This document shows positions 41,721 through 51,957 of a stretch of 64,000 nt of DNA, in pieces. The DNA comes from an uncultured Negativicutes bacterium (GTDB lineage Bacteria; Bacillota; Negativicutes; JBAXTZ01), in assembly GCA_963721525.1 (NCBI GenBank), contig CAVRJL010000016.1:58777-122776 (forward strand), given 5' to 3'. The notes beneath the pieces were generated by a model. It saw only the letters and a list, made by a program, of their open reading frames with translations. It was not told where the DNA came from and did not search any database. A program made the position numbers and the translations under genes. Each line of letters starts with the position of its first letter. Position 1 is the first letter of the stretch.

Positions 41721-41749
41721 TTGACTATGTATCGAATAAACTTTATAAT
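41721..41749 (+). promoter_or_regulatory. Sigma-A promoter of the ABC operon
   Basis: TTGACT (41721-41726), 17-bp spacer, TATAAT (41744-41749). Confidence 0.8.
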
Positions 41750-41788
41750 GTAGTGGTTGAGTAGAATAATAAACGTAAAATGACAAGG

Positions 41789-41827
41789 TAAGCCCTTTTT
41801 GCGTAAGCGAAAGGGGTTTATTAGTTT
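41789..41827 (+). promoter_or_regulatory. Leader hairpin (possible attenuator) between the promoter and the ABC permease RBS
   Basis: 14-bp stem TAAGCCCTTTTTGC / GCGAAAGGGGTTTA (3 G-U pairs) closed by a GTAA tetraloop and followed by TTAGTTT. Confidence 0.65.
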
Positions 41828-41845
41828 ATGGAAAGGGTAATTGTT

Positions 41846-43588
41846 ATGACTATATATAATAACCAAGTTATGACAAGACGCTTTAATTGGCAAGATATAG
41901 TTATTATTATGTTTATCTTGTCCTTTTTATATACAATAATTCAAATAGGATCAGGAATGAATGCCCCTTTTAACCCTAATACTGATAAAATTGCCGTTTC
42001 TTTATCTCCTTGGAATTTGCCTTATTATGCAATTCGCTCTATTAGTAGGATGCTTCTTGCTTATTTTGGTTCAATAATTTTTTCTGTTTTTTATGGTTAT
42101 TTAGCTGCAAAAAACAAAATTGCAGGTAAAATCATGATTCCTATATTGGATATATTACAATCTATTCCAGTATTATGTTTTTTAGCTGCAACACTTCCAT
42201 TATTCGTTTCGCTTTTTCCACATAGTTTACTCGGAGTTGAGATTTCTTCGATTTTTATTATTTTCACTGCTCAAACTTGGAATACGACCTTTAGTTTTTA
42301 TAATTCTATGATTACTTTACCCAAAGATTTAATGGAAGCTTCTATGATCTTGCGTTTAAATTGGTGGAAGAGATTTTTATGTTTGGAAATCCCTTATTCT
42401 ATAATAGGACTTGTATGGAATAGTATGATGTCTTTTGGGGGAGCTTGGTTTTTTTTAGCAGCATCTGAGTCAGTACTTGTTTTAAAAGAAAATATTATGT
42501 TACCTGGCGTAGGTTCCTATTTGTCCCTTGCAATTATACAGGGAAATTTTAAGGGGGTTGTATATTCAATTTTAGCAATGATTTTTATGATTACTATTGT
42601 TGATCAATTTTTTTGGCGCCCTCTTGTTCTTTGGAGCCAAAAATTTAAAATGGAGTTTTCAGAAGCTAAAGAAAATACAACAAGTTGGGTTTACGATATA
42701 TTATATGGATCTTCCATAGTTGTTTTTTTATCTGCTTATATTTTTCGTCCTATTTTAAATTTTTTTGAGAAGATTATTAATAAATTTGCTTGTTTTACAG
42801 ATAATATGGTGATCAAAGTTTATAGTACAAATCAAGGTAAATTGCTGAATATGTTTTTTAAAATATTATTTTTTATTTTTATTTTTGTGTTTTCTTTAAA
42901 AATAATTTTAATCGATATAAAAATTGTACTGGCTTTAGGATATAGTAAAGTTTTAAACATGTTTTTGTACGGATTATATACTTTTTTGCGTGTTTTAGCT
43001 GCGATTTTGTTAGGAGCTTTTTGGACAATACCTTTAGGTGTATGGATAGGTACTAATCAAAAAGCGGCGAGAATGCTGCAGCCTCTTATTCAAATAGCGG
43101 CGTCTTTTCCTGCCAATATGTTATTTCCTTTTATTACAATTTTGTTTTTAAAAGTGAAGTTTAATTTTCAAATTGGGTGTGTTATGTTAATGCTATTAGG
43201 AACTCAGTGGTATATACTATTTAATGTTATAGCTGGTGCAATGTCTATTCCTAACGATTTGCATGAAGCAGGAGCAATTTTTAAACTTTATGGTTGGAAA
43301 AAATGGAAAACATTAATTTTACCTAGTATTTTCCCTCATTTAATAACAGGAGCAATTACAGCATCAGGGGGAGCTTGGAATGCTAGTATAGTTTCCGAGG
43401 TTGTTAATTGGCATAACGTCACTTTAAGGGCCACAGGATTAGGGTCTTTTATAACTGATGCTACAAGTAAAGGAGATTGGAATAGTATTATTTTAGGTAT
43501 AAGTGTTATATGTATATTTGTAATTTTTATGAATAATTTTATTTGGCGAAAATTATACATTTTAGCTGAGGAAAAATATCATTTATAA
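41846..43588 (+). CDS. NitT/TauT-like ABC transporter permease with two fused TM domains
   Basis: LDILQSIPVL, WNSMMSFGGAWFFL, ASFPAN, GTQWYILFNVIAG, GGAWNASIVSE; ATG 41846 follows RBS AAGGG (ORF track 41828). Confidence 0.9.
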   Translation: MTIYNNQVMTRRFNWQDIVIIMFILSFLYTIIQIGSGMNAPFNPNTDKIAVSLSPWNLPYYAIRSISRMLLAYFGSIIFSVFYGYLAAKNKIAGKIMIPILDILQSIPVLCFLAATLPLFVSLFPHSLLGVEISSIFIIFTAQTWNTTFSFYNSMITLPKDLMEASMILRLNWWKRFLCLEIPYSIIGLVWNSMMSFGGAWFFLAASESVLVLKENIMLPGVGSYLSLAIIQGNFKGVVYSILAMIFMITIVDQFFWRPLVLWSQKFKMEFSEAKENTTSWVYDILYGSSIVVFLSAYIFRPILNFFEKIINKFACFTDNMVIKVYSTNQGKLLNMFFKILFFIFIFVFSLKIILIDIKIVLALGYSKVLNMFLYGLYTFLRVLAAILLGAFWTIPLGVWIGTNQKAARMLQPLIQIAASFPANMLFPFITILFLKVKFNFQIGCVMLMLLGTQWYILFNVIAGAMSIPNDLHEAGAIFKLYGWKKWKTLILPSIFPHLITGAITASGGAWNASIVSEVVNWHNVTLRATGLGSFITDATSKGDWNSIILGISVICIFVIFMNNFIWRKLYILAEEKYHL

Positions 43589-43602
43589 TTATTGGAGTTT
43601 TT

Positions 43603-44895
43603 ATGAATAAAATACTTATTGAAATTAATGATGTTTGTAAAGAATTTACGATGCCAGGAGGAGCTAAGTCTAATGTACTTGAAAACATTAATATCAAAAT
43701 AAAAGAAAATGATTTTTTAGCTATCCTTGGACCATCAGGATCAGGTAAATCGACATTGCTTAGACTTATTTCTGGGTTGGTATCTGTATCGAAAGGAGAG
43801 GTTTGTTATTTAGGTAAACCTATTAGAAATGTAAATCCGGGTGTTGCTATAGTTTTTCAGTCTTTTGCTTTATTTCCATGGCTTACTGTTTTAGAAAATG
43901 TTACTCTTGGGTTAGAATTAAAAAATATTACTGAAGAAGAAAAAAAAGAAAAAGCAATGCGTGTAATTGATATGGTTGGATTAGATGGTTATGAAAACGC
44001 TTATCCTAAAGAATTATCAGGTGGTATGCGCCAACGTGTAGGAATAGGACGTGCTCTTGTAAGTGAGCCCGATGTTTTATTAATGGATGAGCCGTTTTCT
44101 GCATTAGATGTTTTAACTGCTGAAAATTTACGTCGTGATTTACTAGAATTATGGTTAGAAAGAAAAATACCTACGAAGGCTATAATATTAGTAACGCATA
44201 GCATAGAGGAAGCAGTTTACATGGCAGATAGAGTAGTAATATTATCATCAAATCCGGGTAAAATATTGCAAGATATACTTATTGATATTCCACGTTGGAG
44301 AGATAAAAAATCTCCTGAATTTATAACTTTAGTTGATTATATTTATGCTGTAATGACAAAACGAAAATCTACTGATGAAGAAAGTATTGTTTTACAAGTA
44401 AAAAAAATATTTGAATTACCTTTTGTAACTGCTGGAGCACTTACAGGTTTTTTGGAATTATTAGAAGATGTAAACGAAAAAACTGATTTATATAAATTAG
44501 CTGAACGATTTATGATGGACGTAGAGGATTTTTTCCCAATAGTAAATGCTGCTGAAATATTGAAGTTTGCTAGGGTGGAAGAAGGAGACATAGAGTTAAC
44601 TAAAGAGGGAATAAAGTTCGCTCAGGCTAGTGTATTAGAACGCAAAGAGATATTTAAAGAACAACTAATAAAAAATATACCTTTTATATTGCGTATGTTG
44701 ACTATTTTGGAATCGAAAATAAATCGTCGTATAGATATTTATTTTTTTAAAACCATTTTAGCTAGAATCTTAGGAGATAAGGAGGCTGAAAAACAAATGG
44801 AAGTTTTAATAGCATGGGGTCGTTATGCTGAATTATTTGATTATGATCAAGATGAGGAACAAATTTTTTTATCTATTGAACAACATGATAACTAA
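43603..44895 (+). CDS. NitT/TauT-like ABC ATPase with a C-terminal AAA-associated domain
   Basis: GPSGSGKST, FQSFALFPW, LSGGMRQR, DEPFSALDVLTAENL, C-terminal extension ending WGRYAELF. Confidence 0.92.
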   Translation: MNKILIEINDVCKEFTMPGGAKSNVLENINIKIKENDFLAILGPSGSGKSTLLRLISGLVSVSKGEVCYLGKPIRNVNPGVAIVFQSFALFPWLTVLENVTLGLELKNITEEEKKEKAMRVIDMVGLDGYENAYPKELSGGMRQRVGIGRALVSEPDVLLMDEPFSALDVLTAENLRRDLLELWLERKIPTKAIILVTHSIEEAVYMADRVVILSSNPGKILQDILIDIPRWRDKKSPEFITLVDYIYAVMTKRKSTDEESIVLQVKKIFELPFVTAGALTGFLELLEDVNEKTDLYKLAERFMMDVEDFFPIVNAAEILKFARVEEGDIELTKEGIKFAQASVLERKEIFKEQLIKNIPFILRMLTILESKINRRIDIYFFKTILARILGDKEAEKQMEVLIAWGRYAELFDYDQDEEQIFLSIEQHDN

Positions 44896-45003
44896 TTTAA
44901 ATAATATTTAAAAGAAAAAATTTATGAATATCATTTTGGCCAAATAAATGAAAAGAGAAATATTAAGTAATAAGAAAGTATTATTAAATAATAAAGTAGA
45001 TAA

Positions 45004-45630
45004 ATGGATAAGAATATTGTAAATAAAATTATTAAATTTTTAAAAACAAATTATGACAAAACAGATAGTTTGTTAAAATTTAATTCGGTTTTTGAACTTA
45101 CGATAATGGTTTTACTTGGTGCTCGAAGCACTGATAAACAAGTCAATATAGCAACAAAAAGATTATTTTCTGAATATGATTCACCAGAAAGTATGTTAAA
45201 ATTAACACAATTACAATTAGAAAATTTTATTAGAGACGTGGGCTTATTTCGTATAAAAGCTGCTAACATACTTAATTTATGCGCAATTATTGTGAAAAAA
45301 TATAAAGGAAATATTCCTGATACTTATGAATCTTTAATAGAGTTACCAGGAATTGGATTAAAATCAGCAAATGTTATTTTAAGTGTTGGCTTTGGAAAAC
45401 CTGCTTTTGCTGTAGATACTCATGTTTTTCGAGTTGCAAAAAGATTAGGATTTAGCGATGGAAAAACAGTTAAGCAAGTAGAAAAAGATTCAAAAAATAT
45501 TATTTGCAAAAAATATTGGAGCAATGTTCATCATTGGTTAGTATATCATGGACGTATTATCTGTATTTCTCGAAGACCAAAATGTAGAATATGTATAGTG
45601 AATAAATATTGTAAGTATTATAACTCCTAA
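45004..45630 (+). CDS. nth: Endonuclease III
   Basis: HhH LPGIGLKSANV, AVDTHV, C-x6-C-x2-C-x5-C FeS motif. Confidence 0.96.
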   Translation: MDKNIVNKIIKFLKTNYDKTDSLLKFNSVFELTIMVLLGARSTDKQVNIATKRLFSEYDSPESMLKLTQLQLENFIRDVGLFRIKAANILNLCAIIVKKYKGNIPDTYESLIELPGIGLKSANVILSVGFGKPAFAVDTHVFRVAKRLGFSDGKTVKQVEKDSKNIICKKYWSNVHHWLVYHGRIICISRRPKCRICIVNKYCKYYNS

Positions 45631-45647
45631 AAAAACGAGGAAAAAGG

Positions 45648-46478
45648 ATGAAAGAATTTAATTTTAGAGTTTATGTACTAGCACCGGAAATAAATTTGCA
45701 GTTTATAGCTAATCATTTTGGTATTAAACGTAAGCTAAAATTGGATGATTCTATAAAATTAAATGAAGAACATTTAAAAGGTATAATTAAAGAACCTAAG
45801 GAGAAACAAGTATATATTTTCCCTTTCGGAAGTATAACTTTTGTTAATTTTCAAGAACATGAAAAAACAGATATGTTAAATTATTTAAAGAAAATAGAAA
45901 GAAGAATAAATGTTTTTGATGGTGAATTTTTTGACGAATATAAACTTGGTGTATTAAAAACGGCAGACGAACAATTTGATTTTGAATATATGCAAGTTAA
46001 AGATTTTTTTGATTTTTTACCTGAAATGATAGCTACTGTTTTGGCTAAATCTGTAGCGTTGGAACGGATCGAACACGCTATCGATATATTGCTTGATGAA
46101 ACTAATGATGTTGTAGCAAATTTACATGCAGGGAAATTAGTTACAAACGATAATCAATTAGCAGCAATGTCAGCAAATGTTTTAGAGTTTAAATTAGATA
46201 CGATTTCGTTTGTCGCCATATTAGATAAACCTGAAATAACCTGGGAAAATGAAAAAGCAAGTGAAGTATTTGAAAAATTAAGCGAATGGTTTGAAATTGA
46301 AGAAAGGTTTGTAAGGTCACAAAATAAGATTGATACTTTAAAAGAAATAACAGATGTTTTTACGGCATTAGCATATGCGAAACGAGGTAATAGACTTGAA
46401 TGGGCGATAATAATTCTTATAAGCGCAGAATTATTGCTTGGTTTATATGATAAATTGATATTGCCATTTTTCCATTAG
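45648..46478 (+). CDS. RMD1/YagE (DUF155) family protein
   Basis: IFPFGSITF, LAKSVALERIE, LDKPEITWE, FEIEERF, LEWAIIILI with a C-terminal TM helix. Confidence 0.85.
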   Translation: MKEFNFRVYVLAPEINLQFIANHFGIKRKLKLDDSIKLNEEHLKGIIKEPKEKQVYIFPFGSITFVNFQEHEKTDMLNYLKKIERRINVFDGEFFDEYKLGVLKTADEQFDFEYMQVKDFFDFLPEMIATVLAKSVALERIEHAIDILLDETNDVVANLHAGKLVTNDNQLAAMSANVLEFKLDTISFVAILDKPEITWENEKASEVFEKLSEWFEIEERFVRSQNKIDTLKEITDVFTALAYAKRGNRLEWAIIILISAELLLGLYDKLILPFFH

Positions 46479-46539
46479 TTTATAATGAACAAGATTATAT
46501 AAAAATTTAAGTATAAAAAAGATTATAAGAAAGGTAATA

Positions 46540-48369
46540 ATGTCGAAACAAGAACGTAAAGATATAAGAAATATTGCTATAATAGCACATGTTGATCATG
46601 GTAAAACTACTCTTGTAGATAGTATGCTTAAACAAAGTGGCATTTTTCGTAAAAACGAATTAGTTATGGATAGAGTTTTAGACTCTACAGATTTAGAGAG
46701 AGAGCGTGGAATTACTATTCTCGCAAAAAACACCGCAGTTATTTACAAGAATATAAAAATAAATATTGTAGATACCCCTGGACATGCTGATTTTGGAGGT
46801 GAAGTTGAACGTGTTTTGAATATGGTAGATGGAGTATTATTACTTGTAGATGCTTTTGAAGGACCTATGCCGCAGACTAAATATGTTTTACGTAAGGCTT
46901 TAGAACAAAAATTAAAACCTATTGTTGTAATAAATAAAATTGATAGACCGGATCAACGAGTTCACGATGTGTTAGATAAAATTTTAGAGTTATTTATCGA
47001 GCTCGACCCTAACACTAATTTAGATTTTCCTATTATTTATTCAGCTGCTAACAAGGGCGTAGCTAAGATTTCTATGGAACAAGAAAATTCGGATTTAAAA
47101 CCATTGTTTGAAACTATTATAAATATAGTTCCGTGTCCTAAAGGAGATGAGCATAACTCGCTGCAAATGATGATTACTATGGTTGATTATGACGACTATA
47201 TGGGTAAAATTGCAATAGGTAGGATTGTTAGAGGGGAAATACAATGTGGGCAAGATGTTATGATTGCCAATGGAGATATAGAAAGAAAGACAAAGATAGG
47301 AAAGCTTTATGTTTATGAAGGATTGAAACGAATAGAAAGACAAAAAGCGTCAATGGGAGACATCGTTTCTATAGTGGGATTGAATGAATTTACTGTAGGA
47401 GATACTATTGCTGATTTTGACAATCCAGAACCATTACCTGCTATTAAAATAGATAACCCTACATTAAGTATGCTATTTTCAGTTAATAATAGTCCTTTTG
47501 CAGGAAAAGAAGGAAAATTTATTACTTCACGCCATTTAAGACAAAGATTATTTCGTGAGTTAGAATCTAATGTAAGTTTAAGGGTTCACGAGACGAATAG
47601 TGCCGATAGTTTTGAAGTATGTGGTAGAGGAGAACTTCATTTGAGTATATTAATAGAGACAATGCGGCGTGAAGGCTATGAATTTCAGGTAGGAAAACCT
47701 AGAGTAATTTATAAATATATAGATAACAAAAAATGTGAGCCGTTAGAGTTTTTAACTATAGATATTCCTCAAGAATTTACGGGTGTAGTGATGAAAATAA
47801 TTGGAAATAGAAAGGCTGAGATGATAAATATGTTTGAATTGGATGGTTATATGCGTCTAGAATTTCTTATACCTGCACGTGGGCTTATCGGTTTTCGCTC
47901 TGAGTTTTTAACAAGTACTAAAGGGAATGGAATAATGAACCATGTATTTCATGGATATGCCCCTTTTAAAGGTGAGATTCAAGGAAGGATTCGCGGGGCT
48001 ATTATTGCATTTGAGCAAGGAGAAACCACTGAATATGGAATTTATAGCATTCAAGCTCGTGGAGTTATATTTATAGAACCTGGTAAAAATGTTTATGAGG
48101 GGATGGTTATTGGAGAAAATAGTCGTGAAATGGATATAGATACTAATCCATGTAAAAAAAAGCACGTTACAAATATAAGAAGTAGTAATGCAGACGAAGC
48201 TATAAGATTATATACTCCACATATAATGAGTTTAGAACAATCATTAGAATGGATAAATGATGATGAGCTTATTGAAGTAACTCCAAAAAATATACGACTT
48301 AGAAAAGTTATTCTAGATAAACATAAAAGAACACGTTCAAAAAAAATATATGATTTTGAAATTATATAA
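46540..48369 (+). CDS. typA: Translational GTPase TypA/BipA
   Basis: [48 protein letters not shown]. Confidence 0.99.
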   Translation: MSKQERKDIRNIAIIAHVDHGKTTLVDSMLKQSGIFRKNELVMDRVLDSTDLERERGITILAKNTAVIYKNIKINIVDTPGHADFGGEVERVLNMVDGVLLLVDAFEGPMPQTKYVLRKALEQKLKPIVVINKIDRPDQRVHDVLDKILELFIELDPNTNLDFPIIYSAANKGVAKISMEQENSDLKPLFETIINIVPCPKGDEHNSLQMMITMVDYDDYMGKIAIGRIVRGEIQCGQDVMIANGDIERKTKIGKLYVYEGLKRIERQKASMGDIVSIVGLNEFTVGDTIADFDNPEPLPAIKIDNPTLSMLFSVNNSPFAGKEGKFITSRHLRQRLFRELESNVSLRVHETNSADSFEVCGRGELHLSILIETMRREGYEFQVGKPRVIYKYIDNKKCEPLEFLTIDIPQEFTGVVMKIIGNRKAEMINMFELDGYMRLEFLIPARGLIGFRSEFLTSTKGNGIMNHVFHGYAPFKGEIQGRIRGAIIAFEQGETTEYGIYSIQARGVIFIEPGKNVYEGMVIGENSREMDIDTNPCKKKHVTNIRSSNADEAIRLYTPHIMSLEQSLEWINDDELIEVTPKNIRLRKVILDKHKRTRSKKIYDFEII

Positions 48370-48379
48370 GGAAATATGT

Positions 48380-49252
48380 ATGCAAGAAACTAAATTTAAT
48401 CAAATAACTATTTTTGATAAATCTCTTTTTGATAAATATATCTATAAACATTGTTACGGTATTTCTGAGTTTACTTTTACGTATTTCCTTATTTGGCGGG
48501 ACTTTCTTTGTTTAGAATTTTGTGAACTTATGGATACATTGCTTATAAGAGGAAAATTAAAAAATCAAACGTTTTATATTTCACCAATAGGGAAACCTGA
48601 AAATGTATTAAAAGTAATACTCGCATTAGGAGAGAAAAAAGTAATTTTCAGGGCAGTTCCAAAAGAAATTGTTACGCAGATTAAAAATAATTCAAATGTA
48701 GAAATAGTTCCTCTACCAGATTTTTTTGATTATTTATATAGAACTGACGATCTATTAAATTTATCTGGACGCAAATATGAGAAAAAAAGAGGAAATATAA
48801 ATAAATTTAATCGCTTATACTTTAATGCAGAGTATAAGCGATTAAATAGTAGCATGACGCAGCAAGTAATAAAATGTGTTGATAGATGGATGAATAAGAA
48901 TAATTTGGATAATATATTATTAAAACATGAACGAAAAGGAATTTTAGAAATATTAACTCATTGGGATATTTTGGATATTAAAGGTGGAGCTATTTTAATA
49001 AATGGAACAATAGAAGCGTTTTCTTTTGGTGAATTATTATGTCCTGATATCGCTGTTATTCATATAGAAAAGGCAAATACTAATATTGCGGGTATTTATC
49101 AGGCAATAAATCGTTATTTTATTCAAAATGAATGGAGTAATACTGTTTACATAAATCGTGAAGAGGATATGGGTATTCCTAATTTGAAGAAAGCAAAACA
49201 GTCTTATAGGCCTATAAGCATGGTGGAAAAATATATTGTTAATTTTTTATAA
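48380..49252 (+). CDS. DUF2156 (GNAT-like, aminoacyl-PG synthase C-terminal-like) protein
   Basis: DYLY...LSGRKY.KKR..NKF, IHIEKAN, INREEDMGIPNLKKAKQSYRP; ATG 48380 chosen (ORF track 48350). Confidence 0.88.
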   Translation: MQETKFNQITIFDKSLFDKYIYKHCYGISEFTFTYFLIWRDFLCLEFCELMDTLLIRGKLKNQTFYISPIGKPENVLKVILALGEKKVIFRAVPKEIVTQIKNNSNVEIVPLPDFFDYLYRTDDLLNLSGRKYEKKRGNINKFNRLYFNAEYKRLNSSMTQQVIKCVDRWMNKNNLDNILLKHERKGILEILTHWDILDIKGGAILINGTIEAFSFGELLCPDIAVIHIEKANTNIAGIYQAINRYFIQNEWSNTVYINREEDMGIPNLKKAKQSYRPISMVEKYIVNFL

Positions 49253-49782
49253 TTAGTTATTTGGCAAAAATGTTTTTAAAGAAGAACGCCTATGACTTTA
49301 GCAATATAAAGAGGAAATATTGTTACGAAAAAAGAGATAATTTTCGGTAATATTAGATGAATTATTAATATGGAGGGGAGGTTTCTCATTTTGAAATATC
49401 GACGGTTATAAGAAATGCAAGAGATTTTATACAGAAATATAAGCAGTTATATATGGGAGAATAACTAAAATAATTTATTATGCTAATCGAAAAAAGTTAA
49501 AAATTAGGAAAAATAATTAATATCTGGAATAAAAATGTTAGAAAATAGATTTTGTGATTATCCTTATCATTTAGTAAGCGATTTATCTAATAATTTACTT
49601 GACGAATCGGATAATGTTGAGCCTATAATTTTAAGAAGCTTACATATTATTATAAATAGGGAAAATACTTATAGGAAAGTCATGCGAAAAATAGATTAGG
49701 AGAAGTAAAATATAAAAAACGTTTGAATATTTATATTACTTCAGCGTTTTATCAATAATCTTTTCATAAGGAGAGAAAACTT

Positions 49783-51111
49783 ATGCAAATTAAAAAAAAT
49801 CGGTTTGCGATTAAAGGTGCGTATGTAAGATTTCAGGATAACCCTTTTAAAGTAGGTCCAGAAAAAGCTATTGATTATTGCACAAATGGGATAGTGATAA
49901 TTGAAAATGGCAAAATCATAGAATTTGGTCCAACAGAAGAAATAATCAATAAAGGGTTAATTGATAAAGATATGAAAATAGAAAAATATAATGATTCATT
50001 AATTTTACCTGGTTTTATAGATTCTCATAGTCATTTTGTTCAAGTTGATACAGCTGGTTCATATGGCGAACAACTATTAGAATGGTTGAATCAGTATACT
50101 TTTCCTGCTGAAATAAAGATGAGTGATCCTTTCTATGCGAAAAAGATTGCTGAAATATTTCTAAATGAGAGTATTAAAAACGGAATAACTTATTCTGTAT
50201 CTTTTTCTACTTCTTATCCTTGCTCCGCTGAAGCTTTATTTGCAGCTGCGGAAAAGTTAAATATGGGGGTAATTACAGGCACTGTCTTTATGGATTGTTA
50301 TATTCCGGAGAAATTATCATTGCCGACAAAAACTGCCTATGGTGATGCTCAGAACTTAATTAATAAATGGCATAATAGAGGACGTGCAAAATACGCCGTT
50401 ATAGATAGATTTGCTCTTACTAGTAGTCATGAACAAATGGAAAAAATAGGAGAATTATTTAAACAAAATAGGAACATAGGAGTATATTTTCATACTCACC
50501 TATCTGAAAATATTTCTGAAGTAGCCAGAGCTAGAGAACTTTTCCCTGAAAGAAGAGATTATTTAGATATATACGATTATTATGGATTATTAAGTAATCG
50601 TAGTATTTTTGCTCATTCTATATATTTATGTGAACGAGAAAAAAAACTTTTAAAAGAGACAAACTCGATAATTGCACATTCACCAAATTCTAATTTGTTT
50701 TTAGGAAGCGGTCTTTTAGATGTAAATGCAATGGTTAATTATGGACTAAAAGTAAATATTGCAACTGATTTTAGCGGTGGGAATAGGCTATCAATGTTAA
50801 ATACGTTGGATGCAGCATACAAAATAGCTCAATTAAATAATTTCTCTTTACATCCTTCGTATGCGTTTTATATGTGTACAAAAGGTGCGGCACTTAACTT
50901 AGGAATAGATAAAGAGGTAGGAAATATTGAAAAAGGATTAATAGCAGATTTGGTAGTACTTGATAATTGTGCGACAGAACAAATTTCATGGAGATCCACT
51001 CAATGTAAATCTATATTTGATTTATTATTTTTACAAATGACGCTGGGGGACGATCGTTCTATTAAGCACGTATATATCGCAGGAAATAAAGTTTATGAGA
51101 AAAATATATAG
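49783..51111 (+). CDS. guaD: Guanine deaminase (amidohydrolase family)
   Basis: PGFIDSHSH, QLLEWLNQYTFPAE, RFA, HTHLSEN, SNLFLGSG, MTLGDDR. Confidence 0.95.
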   Translation: MQIKKNRFAIKGAYVRFQDNPFKVGPEKAIDYCTNGIVIIENGKIIEFGPTEEIINKGLIDKDMKIEKYNDSLILPGFIDSHSHFVQVDTAGSYGEQLLEWLNQYTFPAEIKMSDPFYAKKIAEIFLNESIKNGITYSVSFSTSYPCSAEALFAAAEKLNMGVITGTVFMDCYIPEKLSLPTKTAYGDAQNLINKWHNRGRAKYAVIDRFALTSSHEQMEKIGELFKQNRNIGVYFHTHLSENISEVARARELFPERRDYLDIYDYYGLLSNRSIFAHSIYLCEREKKLLKETNSIIAHSPNSNLFLGSGLLDVNAMVNYGLKVNIATDFSGGNRLSMLNTLDAAYKIAQLNNFSLHPSYAFYMCTKGAALNLGIDKEVGNIEKGLIADLVVLDNCATEQISWRSTQCKSIFDLLFLQMTLGDDRSIKHVYIAGNKVYEKNI

Positions 51112-51881
51112 TACACTATAATTTTTATAATTATTAATTTAATATATACTATACAGAAACTGTAAGAATTGAATAGCAAAACTCAACAAATTACAGTATA
51201 ATTCTTATTAGAAGCTGAAGTTGAAAAATATATAGGTTCCCCAAGTAATATTGAATAAAAAAGTTACTTTATGGTTGGAGGTTTAATAGAAAAAATTTAT
51301 AAAAACACAATATAAAAAATAAAATTAGAAAATCATAGATGAGCAGTTTTAAAAAGCGGACATGTATGCTATGGATAAATAATTATATAACTAGAGGTGA
51401 AGCTATATGTCATAGCCCATTTTATTGGTTGCTGTTTTGGTTAACTATTCAATTTATATTAGTTTATGCTGTTTATAGATTTACGTACTTATTTTGATTG
51501 CATTTCCGTCAAGTAGTTTATCCCTGTCTTGGTTAAATGTGAACGAATGTATTGAAATTTGCGAATGGAGGGCTGCCTACATGTAATGTTAAGTTTGATT
51601 TAATATTTTTTTTAGTCATTTTGAGTGTAATAAAGGGAAATATAGTAGAACAGGGAAAAAATAAAGATAAGTTCTATGAAATATTTTATAGTGATAGCAA
51701 ACAATTGATGAAAAAATTGACTATCTAACAATTTTTTAAATAAATTTTTTTGAAAGTACAATTAATATAAATTGACAAATTATTATTTTTATAATATATA
51801 TATTAAATATTGTTTGTTTTGATAGGGTGTTTTTGTGCATATCACAATATCATGTACGGAGGATAGTTTGTTAAGTAAGGA

Positions 51882-51919
51882 AAGCAAGGTTATTAATACG
51901 GCCTTGCTTGTTTTAGTTT
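51882..51919 (+). promoter_or_regulatory. Terminator-like hairpin in the rpoB leader
   Basis: AAGCAAGGTT (51882-51891) / GGCCTTGCTT (51900-51909) followed by GTTTTAGTTT; TTGACA at 51772 upstream. Confidence 0.5.
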
Positions 51920-51957
51920 GTTGATTTTTATTTATAGAATAAGAGGTGATAAATATA

